Positions 17,656-25,877 of a stretch of 64,000 nt of DNA are shown piece by piece. This DNA comes from Gemmatimonadota bacterium (lineage in GTDB: Bacteria; Gemmatimonadota; Gemmatimonadetes; Gemmatimonadales; Gemmatimonadaceae): positions 7,061-71,060 of the forward strand of contig JAJPIS010000070.1 of NCBI GenBank assembly GCA_021324635.1, read 5' to 3'. Every line of letters starts with the position of its first letter. Position 1 is the first letter of the stretch. Under the pieces are notes generated by a model. It had not been told where the DNA came from, did not search any database, and saw only the letters and a list, made by a program, of their open reading frames with translations. The translations under genes were made by a program, and so were the position numbers.

Positions 17656-18906
17656 GTGGCTGCCCGCGACCGCCTCACTCCGTCACCGCAGAAGCGGATG
17701 CTCGCCATCGATGGCGGCGGGATCCGCGGGATCATTGCCCTCGAGGTGCTGGCGCGGATCGAGACGTTGCTCGCGGCAGCAACCGGCCGCGGCCCGGACT
17801 TCCGGCTGGCCGAGTACTTCGACTTCCTGGCCGGCACGAGCACGGGCGCGATCATCGCCACCTGCCTCTCGCTGGGGATGCCGGTCGCGCTGCTCCAGGA
17901 GTTCTACCTGACGAGCGGACCGGCCATGTTTGCACACGCCGGCATCCGGCGGCGCTTCTGGTACAAGTACGACGCGACGCACCTGTCCGAGCGACTCCGC
18001 GCGGTCTTCCGCGAGTTCCTGACGCCCGATGATCGCGCAGCCGGCCGATCGGACATCACGCTGGGCTCCGATGCGCTCCGTACGCTGCTGCTCGTCGTCA
18101 TGCGCAACGCGACGACCGACTCGCCATGGCCCGTGTCGAACAACCCCCGCGCGAAGTTCAACGACCGCGCCCGGGCCGACTGCAATCTCGATGTGCCGCT
18201 GTGGCAGCTCGTGCGGGCGAGCACGGCCGCCCCGACCTACTTCGCTCCCGAGGAGGTACAGCTCGGCCCCCACCGATTCCTCTTCGTCGATGGCGGCATC
18301 ACGCCGTACAACAATCCGGCGTTCCTCCTGTTCCTGAACGCCACCGCGCCGCCGTACGACATCCGGTGGCCGACCGGTCCCGAGCACCTGCTGCTCGTCT
18401 CGGTGGGCACCGGCCGCACGCGACAGGTGCGCCGCGATCTTCAGGCCACCGATCTGACCCTGTGGTACAACGCCGGCACCGTCCCGCTGGCGCTCGCGAC
18501 TGCCGCGGAGCTCCAGCAGGACCTGCTCTGCCGAGTCTTCGGACGGTGCCGCCATGGCGACCCGATCGACCAGGAGGTCGGGACGCTCGTCGATGATGGT
18601 GGCGCCCCCGGCGCGACTGGAGCTGCCGCTGAGAGCGCCCCGGGGAGCGTTGCCCAGGACCGCCGGCCGCTACCGGCGCTCTTCACGTACCTGCGCTACA
18701 ACGCCGACCTCAGCGAGCAGGGCCTGGCGGACCTCGGCGTTCCCTCCATCCGATGGGAGGACCTTCAGCGGCTCGATTCGCTCGCGCATGTCGATGCGCT
18801 CCGCGCGGTCGGCGCCGCCGTTGCCCGGACGGTGGAGCTATCGCACTTCGCGGGCTTCACGGATGTCCGTGGCGCCGCGTCCGCGGGCGCCGCAGGACAT
18901 CCATGA
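17656..18906 (+). CDS. patatin-like phospholipase
   Basis: LAIDGGGIRGIIALEVL (GGGxRG oxyanion hole), LAGTSTGAIIA (GxSxG), FVDGGITPYNNP (DGG catalytic Asp). The start may instead be the ATG at 17698. Confidence 0.85.
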   Translation: MAARDRLTPSPQKRMLAIDGGGIRGIIALEVLARIETLLAAATGRGPDFRLAEYFDFLAGTSTGAIIATCLSLGMPVALLQEFYLTSGPAMFAHAGIRRRFWYKYDATHLSERLRAVFREFLTPDDRAAGRSDITLGSDALRTLLLVVMRNATTDSPWPVSNNPRAKFNDRARADCNLDVPLWQLVRASTAAPTYFAPEEVQLGPHRFLFVDGGITPYNNPAFLLFLNATAPPYDIRWPTGPEHLLLVSVGTGRTRQVRRDLQATDLTLWYNAGTVPLALATAAELQQDLLCRVFGRCRHGDPIDQEVGTLVDDGGAPGATGAAAESAPGSVAQDRRPLPALFTYLRYNADLSEQGLADLGVPSIRWEDLQRLDSLAHVDALRAVGAAVARTVELSHFAGFTDVRGAASAGAAGHP

Positions 18907-18913
18907 GCGCGCC

Positions 18914-19438
18914 TCAGTCCTCCTCGCCGCCCAGGGCGCGCGAGAGCAGGATGGTCGTGATGCTGCCGAGGGCAAAGGCGGTCAGCAGGGCAGGCCAGGG
19001 CCTCGCGCGCGTCTGGCGTGTGATGAGATCCCCGAGCTCGGTGACGTCGTATCGCCGAAGCCCGTAGGCTGCGGTCTCCATCGTGTCGCCGAGCCTCGAT
19101 CGGAGCGCGGCCGCCCGGCTGTCGTCGCGCGCTGCTCCGCCTCTCGTCCCGCGCGTCCGCTCCCCGCGCACGGCCTGGGCGCCGGCCTCGAGCTGGTCGG
19201 CGACGATCGCCTGCGCATCACCGACCTTGCCCCTGGCCGCTCCGACGGCGTCGGCCACCGCATCGGCTGCACGCGTTCGGGCGGTGGAGACGGCGTCGGC
19301 CGCCCGCTCGCGCGCCGCGGCGGCGACCTGCTTGATCCGCTGGGCCGGCCTCGTGCGGGGCTCGCGGGATTCACGGGTCCGCTCGTCGCCCTGGTCGCTC
19401 GTCTGGTCGCTCGTCTGGTCGCTCGTCTGGTCGCTCAT
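18914..19438 (-). CDS. DUF883/ElaB/YqjD-like tail-anchored stress protein with N-terminal (SDQT)n repeat
   Basis: MSDQTSDQTSDQTSDQGDE..., an Ala/Arg-rich helical middle, and a C-terminal PWPALLTAFALGSITTILL membrane anchor as in ElaB/YqjD. GGGAGG lies 6 nt upstream of the ATG at 19438. Confidence 0.6.
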   Translation of the reverse strand: MSDQTSDQTSDQTSDQGDERTRESREPRTRPAQRIKQVAAAARERAADAVSTARTRAADAVADAVGAARGKVGDAQAIVADQLEAGAQAVRGERTRGTRGGAARDDSRAAALRSRLGDTMETAAYGLRRYDVTELGDLITRQTRARPWPALLTAFALGSITTILLSRALGGEED

Positions 19439-20999
19439 CCGTGGCCTCCCATGCAGCTGGTGGCGAGTCGCCTTTCGTGGAGCTACCCTGGACCGGCAGG
19501 GGTCGTGCCGACCGCGCGGACCCCGCCGTCTCGGCAGCGCTCGAGAGAGGGGTCGCGACCGTCTCGAGTGAGCGGCGCTCGGCGGCGATCCCGAGCCCCA
19601 GCTCGACCGCCGCTCCGCCGACCATGAGCGCTGCGCCGACGAGGTATCCCCAGACGACCTCCATCCGCTGTCCGCTGGCGATCAGGCGGCCGAAGAGCCA
19701 GGGCGCGGCGACGCCACCGAGCAGCGTGCCGCCGGCGTAGAAGAGCGCGATCGCGAGGGCCCGGATCTCGAGGGGGAAGGATTCGCTGACCGTGAGATAT
19801 GCCGCGCTGGCCGCGGCCGACGCGAAGAAGAAGATGACCGACCAGGCGACGGTCTGAGACGTGGCGTCGAGGGTCCCGTGCGCGAAGAGGACGGCGGCGA
19901 CGGCGAGGAGGACCCCCGAGAGCGCGTACGTCGTGGCGATCATCGGACGGCGACCGACGGTGTCGAAGAGGCGACCGAGGAGCAGCGGGCCGGTGAAGTT
20001 CCCGAGCGCGAACGGGAGCAGGTACCAGCCGACGCGAGCCGCCGGGATGTCGTAGAACTTCCGTAGCACCAGAGCGTAGGTGAAGAAGATCGCGTTGTAG
20101 AAGAACGCCTGGGTCGCGATGAGGGCGATACCGAGGATCGTGCGGCGCGGATAGACACGAATGAGCGTGCGCCCCACCTCGCGGAGCGACACGGGTCCGC
20201 GCCGCCGGAGGTGAATGCGGATGGTCGCCGGCGCGAGCGGCGCGCGCGTATGGTGCTCGACCCGTCGCTCGATCTCGGCGACGACCTGCTCGGCGTCATC
20301 GACGCGGCCGTGCACCATGAGCCATCGCGGGCTCTCGGGGATGAAGCGGCGGAGGATGAGCACGCCGAGTCCGAGCACCGCACCGATCGCGAAGGCGGCG
20401 CGCCAGCCGACGTCCGGCGGCAGGCGTCCCGGGACGAGCAGGACCAGCGTGCCGGCGGCGCCGAGCGCGGCCCCGACCCAGAAGCTCCCATTGATGGTGA
20501 GGTCGGTCCAGCCGCGGAACCTGGCCGGGATCAGCTCCTGGATCGCCGAATTGATTGCGGTTCCCTCACCCCCGATGCCCGCCCCGGTGAGCCCGCGGAA
20601 GACCGCATAACTCCAGAAGCTCCAGGAGAACGCGGTCGCGGCCGTGGCGATCAGGTACAGCCCGAGCGTGATCGTGAAGAGCCGCTTCCGTCCCCAGCGG
20701 TCGGTGAGCCAGCCGAACCCGAGGGCACCGGCGACGTTGCCGATGAGATAGGCGCTGGCCGCACCACCCACCTCCGGCGCGGTGAGGTGGAGGCGCGGGC
20801 TCTCCTGGAGCGCGGCGGCGACCGATCCCGCCAGTGTGACCTCGAGGCCGTCGAGGATCCAGGTGATCCCGAGCGCGACTACGACCAGCGTGTGGAACGC
20901 GCTCCACGGCAGCCGGTCGAGCCGAGCCGGGATGTCCGTCGAGAACCGGGCGCTCCGGTCCTCGCCCATGCGTGGGCCGGCGAGCGGAGTCGAGGCCAC
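19371..20999 (-). CDS. MFS transporter (sugar-porter / metabolite:H+ symporter-like)
   Basis: LDRLPWSAFH..., GWLTDRWGRKRLF (motif A-like), GLTGAGIGGE, and 12 predicted hydrophobic helices. The start is the GTG at 20999 or the ATG at 20969. Confidence 0.85.
   Translation of the reverse strand: MASTPLAGPRMGEDRSARFSTDIPARLDRLPWSAFHTLVVVALGITWILDGLEVTLAGSVAAALQESPRLHLTAPEVGGAASAYLIGNVAGALGFGWLTDRWGRKRLFTITLGLYLIATAATAFSWSFWSYAVFRGLTGAGIGGEGTAINSAIQELIPARFRGWTDLTINGSFWVGAALGAAGTLVLLVPGRLPPDVGWRAAFAIGAVLGLGVLILRRFIPESPRWLMVHGRVDDAEQVVAEIERRVEHHTRAPLAPATIRIHLRRRGPVSLREVGRTLIRVYPRRTILGIALIATQAFFYNAIFFTYALVLRKFYDIPAARVGWYLLPFALGNFTGPLLLGRLFDTVGRRPMIATTYALSGVLLAVAAVLFAHGTLDATSQTVAWSVIFFFASAAASAAYLTVSESFPLEIRALAIALFYAGGTLLGGVAAPWLFGRLIASGQRMEVVWGYLVGAALMVGGAAVELGLGIAAERRSLETVATPLSSAAETAGSARSARPLPVQGSSTKGDSPPAAWEATDERPDERPDERPDERPGRRADP
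19391..19438. repeat. 12-bp tandem repeat CTGGTCGCTCGT x4 (the last unit ends in cat, the ATG of the DUF883 gene)
   Basis: Read directly. It lies inside the 68-bp overlap of two same-strand genes and is translated as (TSDQ)n in one and (DERP)n in the other. Confidence 0.95.
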
Positions 21000-21080
21000 G
21001 CGAGTCAGTGGGCAAGATCGGCACCGGCGCCGCGCCGATCCCCCCCGCGGCGGACCATGCTCGGCGCGCCACCGGTCTGC

Positions 21081-21404
21081 TCAGCGCGGCCGTCGCTTCC
21101 ATGGACGGAGGGGCTCGTAGCGAGGCACCGCGGTGGGCCGCTCGCGGTGGACGCCGAGGAGGCGGCGACGCATCAGATGGCGCACGGCCGCCTGGACGGT
21201 GCGCTTCGAGAGCCCAGTTCCCTCGGCGATCTGCCGCAGGCTCGCCACCGTCGTCGGCGCGCGTCGGACGGCCGCCTGATGCCAGAGATAGACGTAGACC
21301 AGCAGCGCCGACGGTCGGCCATCGTGGCCGACCAGATCGGGCATGAGCGTGTCCAGGACGTACGCGTCGAGCACGACGTTGGTCGGGCGGCGTTCTGCGG
21401 TCAT
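21081..21404 (-). CDS. small winged-helix DNA-binding protein
   Basis: MTAERRPTNVVLDAYVLDTL...SLRQIAEGTGLSKRTVQAAVRHLMRRRLL (HTH). Lies directly upstream of the MFS gene. Track ORF trimmed to the ATG at 21404. Confidence 0.55.
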   Translation of the reverse strand: MTAERRPTNVVLDAYVLDTLMPDLVGHDGRPSALLVYVYLWHQAAVRRAPTTVASLRQIAEGTGLSKRTVQAAVRHLMRRRLLGVHRERPTAVPRYEPLRPWKRRPR

Positions 21405-21546
21405 GAGTGCGAGGGTGGCACGGTGCCCGGGGGTGGCGGGGGCCAGGGGCAGGCTAGGGGCAGTGGTTGCTATAGCATGGGCCGCGCGACTGGCGTGCGC
21501 AACCGAACGCGTCGACATTGCCGCCTTCGACCTCCCCGGAGCGACC

Positions 21547-21915
21547 ATGATCAAAGGCATCAAGTTCATCAGCGTGCCGGTCCGCGATCAGGACCGCGCA
21601 CTCGAGTTCTACACCACGCGCCTGGGCTTCGCGGTCGCGACCGACCAGCCGTTCGACGACAAGCAGCGATGGATCGAGCTGCGTATCCCCGGTGCGAACA
21701 CGGGCCTGGTGCTCTTCACTCCCGACGGCCACGAGGACCGGATCGGGAGCTTCCAGGGGATCTCCTTCTACGCCGACGACGTCGACGCGACGTACCACGC
21801 GCTCGCCGCCACCGGCGTCGAGTTCACCGGTCCCCCGCAGCGGGCCGACTGGGGCACGGCCGCGATCTTCAAGGATCCCGACGGGAACACCTTCGTGATC
21901 TCCTCGCGCTCGTAG
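21547..21915 (+). CDS. VOC/glyoxalase-bleomycin-resistance family protein
   Basis: MIKGIKFISVPVRDQDRALEFYTTRLGF...WIELRIPG...AIFKDPDGNTFVI. Confidence 0.85.
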   Translation: MIKGIKFISVPVRDQDRALEFYTTRLGFAVATDQPFDDKQRWIELRIPGANTGLVLFTPDGHEDRIGSFQGISFYADDVDATYHALAATGVEFTGPPQRADWGTAAIFKDPDGNTFVISSRS

Positions 21916-21983
21916 CCCCGGACCCCGCGCAACGCGGGCAGCGGAGCGCCGCTGGACACCGAGCCCCCTCCTGGCCGTATTGA

Positions 21984-22014
21984 TATGGCCATAGCCGCAC
22001 CAACTTGGCCATAA
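21984..22014. promoter_or_regulatory. candidate antitoxin operator: TATGGCCATA palindrome plus a TTGGCCATAA half-repeat
   Basis: The 10-bp perfect palindrome at 21984-21993 and a related site at 22005-22014 are spaced 21 bp apart, 16-46 bp upstream of the Phd-like ATG at 22030. Confidence 0.35.
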
Positions 22015-22029
22015 CGGTCGAGGGCGACG

Positions 22030-22548
22030 ATGAAGAAGGCTGTACGCGCGGGTGGCCCGACTCCGTCGACCACCCTGGACGCTCCGGAGATCGTGGAGAT
22101 CAAGGCCAGTGTGTTCAAGGACACGTGCCTCGAGCTGATGGACGACGTCCGCGATCACAACAAGCAGATCGTCATCACGAAGTACCGTCGGGTCGTAGCG
22201 AAGCTCGTCCCGCCTGACGTGGAGGAGGGGCCAAGTGCCTTTTCTCCTGCTGAGCACCCGGTTGCCGGGGGCAGTCCACAACGATCTGGCCGACCGGATG
22301 CTGATCACGACGGCCCAGCTCAACAACCTGCCGCTGGCCACCGCCGACCGCGCGACCGTCGACTATGCGCGGTCGCACCCGGGGACGCCCGTGATCGACG
22401 CGCGGCCCCGATCCTGGCCGCGCGCTGGTGCGACTTGCCTAGCGGCCGGCGGTCGCCGATGGCGGGGCGAGAAAGGCGCGCATCGCGTGTGCGACCGTGT
22501 CGGGGCGGACCAGGAAGATGTAATGGGTCGCGCCGCGCAGCTCGATGA
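22030..22548 (+). CDS. Phd/YefM-type antitoxin N-terminal domain; the ORF has lost a nearby stop
   Basis: IVEIKASVFKDTCLELMDDVRDHNKQIVITKYRRVVAKLVPP is Phd/YefM-like. After about residue 65 the ORF becomes Arg/Pro/Gly junk that overlaps the opposite hydrolase gene, so only roughly 22030-22240 is credible. Confidence 0.5.
   Translation: MKKAVRAGGPTPSTTLDAPEIVEIKASVFKDTCLELMDDVRDHNKQIVITKYRRVVAKLVPPDVEEGPSAFSPAEHPVAGGSPQRSGRPDADHDGPAQQPAAGHRRPRDRRLCAVAPGDARDRRAAPILAARWCDLPSGRRSPMAGRERRASRVRPCRGGPGRCNGSRRAAR
22235..22410 (+). pseudogene. VapC (PIN) toxin relic with an internal deletion
   Basis: VPFLLLSTRLPGAVHNDLADRMLITTAQLNNLPLATADRATVDY. This is the N-terminal LLLDTH-like start joined directly to the C-terminal LPxHHRDPFDRMLIAQA...LVTxD motif. 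About 85 core residues are missing, the acidic residues are substituted, and there is no nearby stop. Confidence 0.5.
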
Positions 22549-23524
22549 TGCGCGCCCTCGGCACCTTGGCCTTGAACTCGTCGCGCTGTGCGGCGTGCCA
22601 CTTCTGGGCGACCGCGAGCCAATGCGGCGCGCTGGTATCGGTCGCGGCGATCCAGGGGAGGAACTCGGCGGCCGAGATCGGCCAGTCGTAGATCGCGAGC
22701 ACCGGGACGTGGACCTTGCCGAACGGCGGCGCGAGCGCTTCGGCCGACCGGACGACGGCCTCCGTGAACGCCGGGGGGGATGCGGGGCCGAGGTCGCGCC
22801 CGCTCGGGCTCAACTTCTCCGTCGCGCGGTACGTCGCCTCGGGAATCGGCGCATCGCTCAGCCGCCGGGCATAGGCGAGCCCCGCGGCCGGTGACGCCGA
22901 GTCGGCGGCGGTCATCGCCGGCGGCTCGGGGTAGGGGCGCGGCACCGGATGCGCATGATAGTCGAAGCCCGCGTCGAGGTACACGAGCCGGTCCACCTGG
23001 CCGGGGTACGTCGCAGCCACCCACGTCAGCTCCTGCCCGGCGATCGAGTGGCCGACGAGATCGACGTGAGAGAGATGCAGGCTGTCCAGCACCGCGTGCA
23101 CATCGCTCGCCAGCGCCGGGATCGTGTACCCGCTGTCCGGGTGGTCGGACGCTCCCCAGCCGCGCCGGCTGACCGCGAGCACGTGAAAGTGATCGGTGAA
23201 CTGCGGCGCGAAATCGTCGAAGATGTGGCCCGTATCCTCGAGCCCCGGAACGAACACCAGCGGCTGCCCCGTGCCGCCCCAGTCCAGGACCTCGATCCGC
23301 ACCGGTCCCGGCACGGTCACGCCCGGCACGGAAACGAATCGCACCGTGTGGGGCGACGGGTCGTGCCAGGCGGTCGCGTCGGGTGCGGCCGCGCTGTCGC
23401 CGTGGCCCGCCGACTGCGCCGGCTTGCCGCCGCTGCACGCGCTGAGCGTCGCGGCCGCCGCGAGGGCACCGAGCATGGCCAGGAGCAGAGGCGCGGGCGT
23501 CACGCGGGCGAAGCGCTGAGACAC
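22439..23524 (-). CDS. alpha/beta-hydrolase lipoprotein
   Basis: VSQRFARVTPAPLLLAMLGALAAAATLSACSG lipobox; LVFVPGLEDTGHIFDDF; DLVGHSIAGQEL (GxSxG). GGGAGAG RBS precedes the GTG at 23524. Confidence 0.8.
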   Translation of the reverse strand: MSQRFARVTPAPLLLAMLGALAAAATLSACSGGKPAQSAGHGDSAAAPDATAWHDPSPHTVRFVSVPGVTVPGPVRIEVLDWGGTGQPLVFVPGLEDTGHIFDDFAPQFTDHFHVLAVSRRGWGASDHPDSGYTIPALASDVHAVLDSLHLSHVDLVGHSIAGQELTWVAATYPGQVDRLVYLDAGFDYHAHPVPRPYPEPPAMTAADSASPAAGLAYARRLSDAPIPEATYRATEKLSPSGRDLGPASPPAFTEAVVRSAEALAPPFGKVHVPVLAIYDWPISAAEFLPWIAATDTSAPHWLAVAQKWHAAQRDEFKAKVPRARIIELRGATHYIFLVRPDTVAHAMRAFLAPPSATAGR

Positions 23525-23793
23525 GGACTCTCCCTTGGTGGTGGGTCGGGACGAAGTTGGCAACCCGGGCGCGCGATAGCAACCGCCGGCGCGAGGAGTG
23601 CGCCGGTCGTGCGGTCGCACCAACCCATTGCGCGGCCGTGGCTTGCCGCCGGCGCCGAACGCTCAAGCCCGCTGTCCCAGGGATTGGGAAGCCACTCTGG
23701 TATCCCAGAGTGGCGCCCCGGATCCCGCGTCCCCCGCCGCCGCCCGGGCCGACGGCCTCGCCGCGGCGCGCGAAAGTGGGTTTATTTCAGGCC

Positions 23794-24648
23794 ATGTCCG
23801 ACACGCAGACCCTGGCGCAGGCCGGCGCGCCGCCATCGTCCGCACCGCTCGAGATCCGGCATCTGCGGAGCTGGACCGAGTTTCAGGCCTGTGTCGCGCT
23901 CCAACAAGAGGTCTGGGGGGTCAGCTTCGCGGATCTCGTGCCCGCGTCGATCCTCAAGGTGACGCAGCGTGTCGGCGGAGTGACCGCCGGCGCGTTCGAG
24001 CCGGACGGGCGACTCGTCGGGTTCGTGTACGGGCTCACCGGCGTCGAGGACGGTCGACTCGTCCACTGGTCCGACATGCTGGGCGTCACCGCCAGGTACC
24101 GCGACCACGGTGTCGGGCGCGCGCTCAAGGAGTTCCAGCGCGATACGCTCCGGGGGCTCGGCGTGTCGGTCATCTACTGGACATACGATCCGCTCGTGGC
24201 GCGCAACGCCCACCTCAACCTCAATCAGCTCGGGACCGAGGTGGTGGAGTACGTCGTCGACATGTACGGTCCCAGCACGTCGAGTGTGCTCCACGAGGGC
24301 ATCGGTACCGACCGCTTCGTGGTCGCCTGGCACATCGATGACCGGACCCCCCGGCGGCCCGTGCCGCCGGTCCCGGCGCTCGACGCACCGGACATCCCGA
24401 CCCTCAATGGCGCGCCCCACATTCCCGACGGCGCCCGCTGGGTGCGGGTCCGCGTGCCGCTCCACATCGATCGCGTGCAGCAGGCGTCGTTGAGCGAGGC
24501 CGCCCGGTGGCGCGCCGAGACGCGCCCGGCGTTCCAGAACGCGTTCGCCAGGGGCTACCGCGTCGCGGCCTTCCAACGCGACGATACGACCGAGACCGGG
24601 GTCTACACCCTCGTGCCCGACCCGCCGCCGCGGTCGGCCGGCCGGTAG
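23794..24648 (+). CDS. GNAT-fold acyltransferase (candidate D-amino-acid N-succinyltransferase by context)
   Basis: EIRHLRSWTEFQACVALQQEVWG..., WSDMLGVTARYRDHGVGRALKEFQR (acyl-CoA binding loop-like). First gene of a three-gene set with the racemase and amidohydrolase. Confidence 0.6.
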   Translation: MSDTQTLAQAGAPPSSAPLEIRHLRSWTEFQACVALQQEVWGVSFADLVPASILKVTQRVGGVTAGAFEPDGRLVGFVYGLTGVEDGRLVHWSDMLGVTARYRDHGVGRALKEFQRDTLRGLGVSVIYWTYDPLVARNAHLNLNQLGTEVVEYVVDMYGPSTSSVLHEGIGTDRFVVAWHIDDRTPRRPVPPVPALDAPDIPTLNGAPHIPDGARWVRVRVPLHIDRVQQASLSEAARWRAETRPAFQNAFARGYRVAAFQRDDTTETGVYTLVPDPPPRSAGR

Positions 24649-24722
24649 CCGACCGGTCGCCGACCCGCAGCCGACCCGTCCACCCGCACCCGCCACCTCG
24701 AACCTCTGCCGAGTCGATTCCC

Positions 24723-25877
24723 ATGCTCGTCGTCGATCGTATCGTCCTGCGCGAGATCCGGCTCGCGCTCAAGGAACCGTTCCGCATCTCGTCCGGCGTG
24801 GTCACGGAGCGCCGTATCTTCCTGCTCGAGCTCCACGACGCCTCCGGCGCCACGACGTGGGCGGAGTGTGTCGCCGGTGAGCACCCCAACTACAGCGCCG
24901 AGACGATCGACACGGCCTGGGATGCGATCGCTCGGTGGGTCGCGCCCCGGGTGCTCGGCGCCCGACTGGACGGGCCCGAGAGTGTCCACTCGCTCCTCGA
25001 GCGCGATTTCCGCGGGCATCCGATGGCCAAGGCGGCGGTCGAGATGGGATGCTGGGGTCTGGCAGCGACGATCGAGGGTGTGCCCCTCGCCCAGCGCATC
25101 GGCGGCACGAGGACCCGCATCCCAACGGGCATCTCGCTCGGGATCCAGAAGACGCCCGACGCGCTCGTCGAGCGTGCCCGGGCCGCGTACGCGCAGGGCT
25201 ACCGCAAGATCAAGCTCAAGATCGCGCCGGGCTCGGACGTCGCCTTTGTGCGCGCCGTTCGCGAGGCGCTCGGCGCCGAGGTCCACCTCATGGCGGACGC
25301 GAACTCGGCCTACCGGCTCGCCGACGCGGACCATCTCGCACAGCTCGACGCGTTCGACCTCATCATGATCGAGCAGCCGCTCGGCCAGGACGACCTGGTG
25401 CGGCACGCGCAGCTCCAGCGCCGGCTTCGCACGCCGATCTGTCTCGACGAATCGATCACGAGCGTCGATCGGGCCGAGGACATGATCGCCCTGGGCAGCG
25501 GCAAGATCGTGAACATCAAGCCGGGACGCGTCGGCGGGTTCACGGTCTCGCGGGCCATCCACGACCTCTGTGAGCGGTCCGGGATCCCGGTGTGGTGCGG
25601 CGGGATGCTCGAGAGCGGCGTCGGCCGCGCGTACAACGTCGCGCTCGCGTCTTTCGCCAACTTCAAACTGCCCGGCGATCTCTCGCCGAGCGCGCGCTAC
25701 TGGGAGCGGGACGTGGTGATCCCGGAGTGGACGATGGACGCCGAGGGGATGGTGACCGTGCCGCGCTCGCAGCCGGGGATCGGCGTCGCCGTCGATGTCG
25801 ACCGCGTCGATGCCCTCACGGTCCGGACGCAGACACTCGCACGCACGGCCGCCCGCCCGGCCGGAGCCGCCGCGTGA
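24723..25877 (+). CDS. enolase-superfamily o-succinylbenzoate synthase / N-succinylamino-acid racemase
   Basis: MLVVDRIVLREIRLALKEPFRISSG..., KIKLKI (catalytic KxK), LMADANSAY, MIEQPL, LDESI, NIKPGRVGG. Confidence 0.85.
   Translation: MLVVDRIVLREIRLALKEPFRISSGVVTERRIFLLELHDASGATTWAECVAGEHPNYSAETIDTAWDAIARWVAPRVLGARLDGPESVHSLLERDFRGHPMAKAAVEMGCWGLAATIEGVPLAQRIGGTRTRIPTGISLGIQKTPDALVERARAAYAQGYRKIKLKIAPGSDVAFVRAVREALGAEVHLMADANSAYRLADADHLAQLDAFDLIMIEQPLGQDDLVRHAQLQRRLRTPICLDESITSVDRAEDMIALGSGKIVNIKPGRVGGFTVSRAIHDLCERSGIPVWCGGMLESGVGRAYNVALASFANFKLPGDLSPSARYWERDVVIPEWTMDAEGMVTVPRSQPGIGVAVDVDRVDALTVRTQTLARTAARPAGAAA

Noticed and set aside
17656-18906. Patatin-like phospholipase as an effector of a CBASS-type or other anti-phage defence system
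   Set aside because: No cyclase, sensor or other defence-associated partner is adjacent. The flanking genes are a DUF4397 lipoprotein and a convergent ElaB-like gene, so a stand-alone lipase is the simpler reading.
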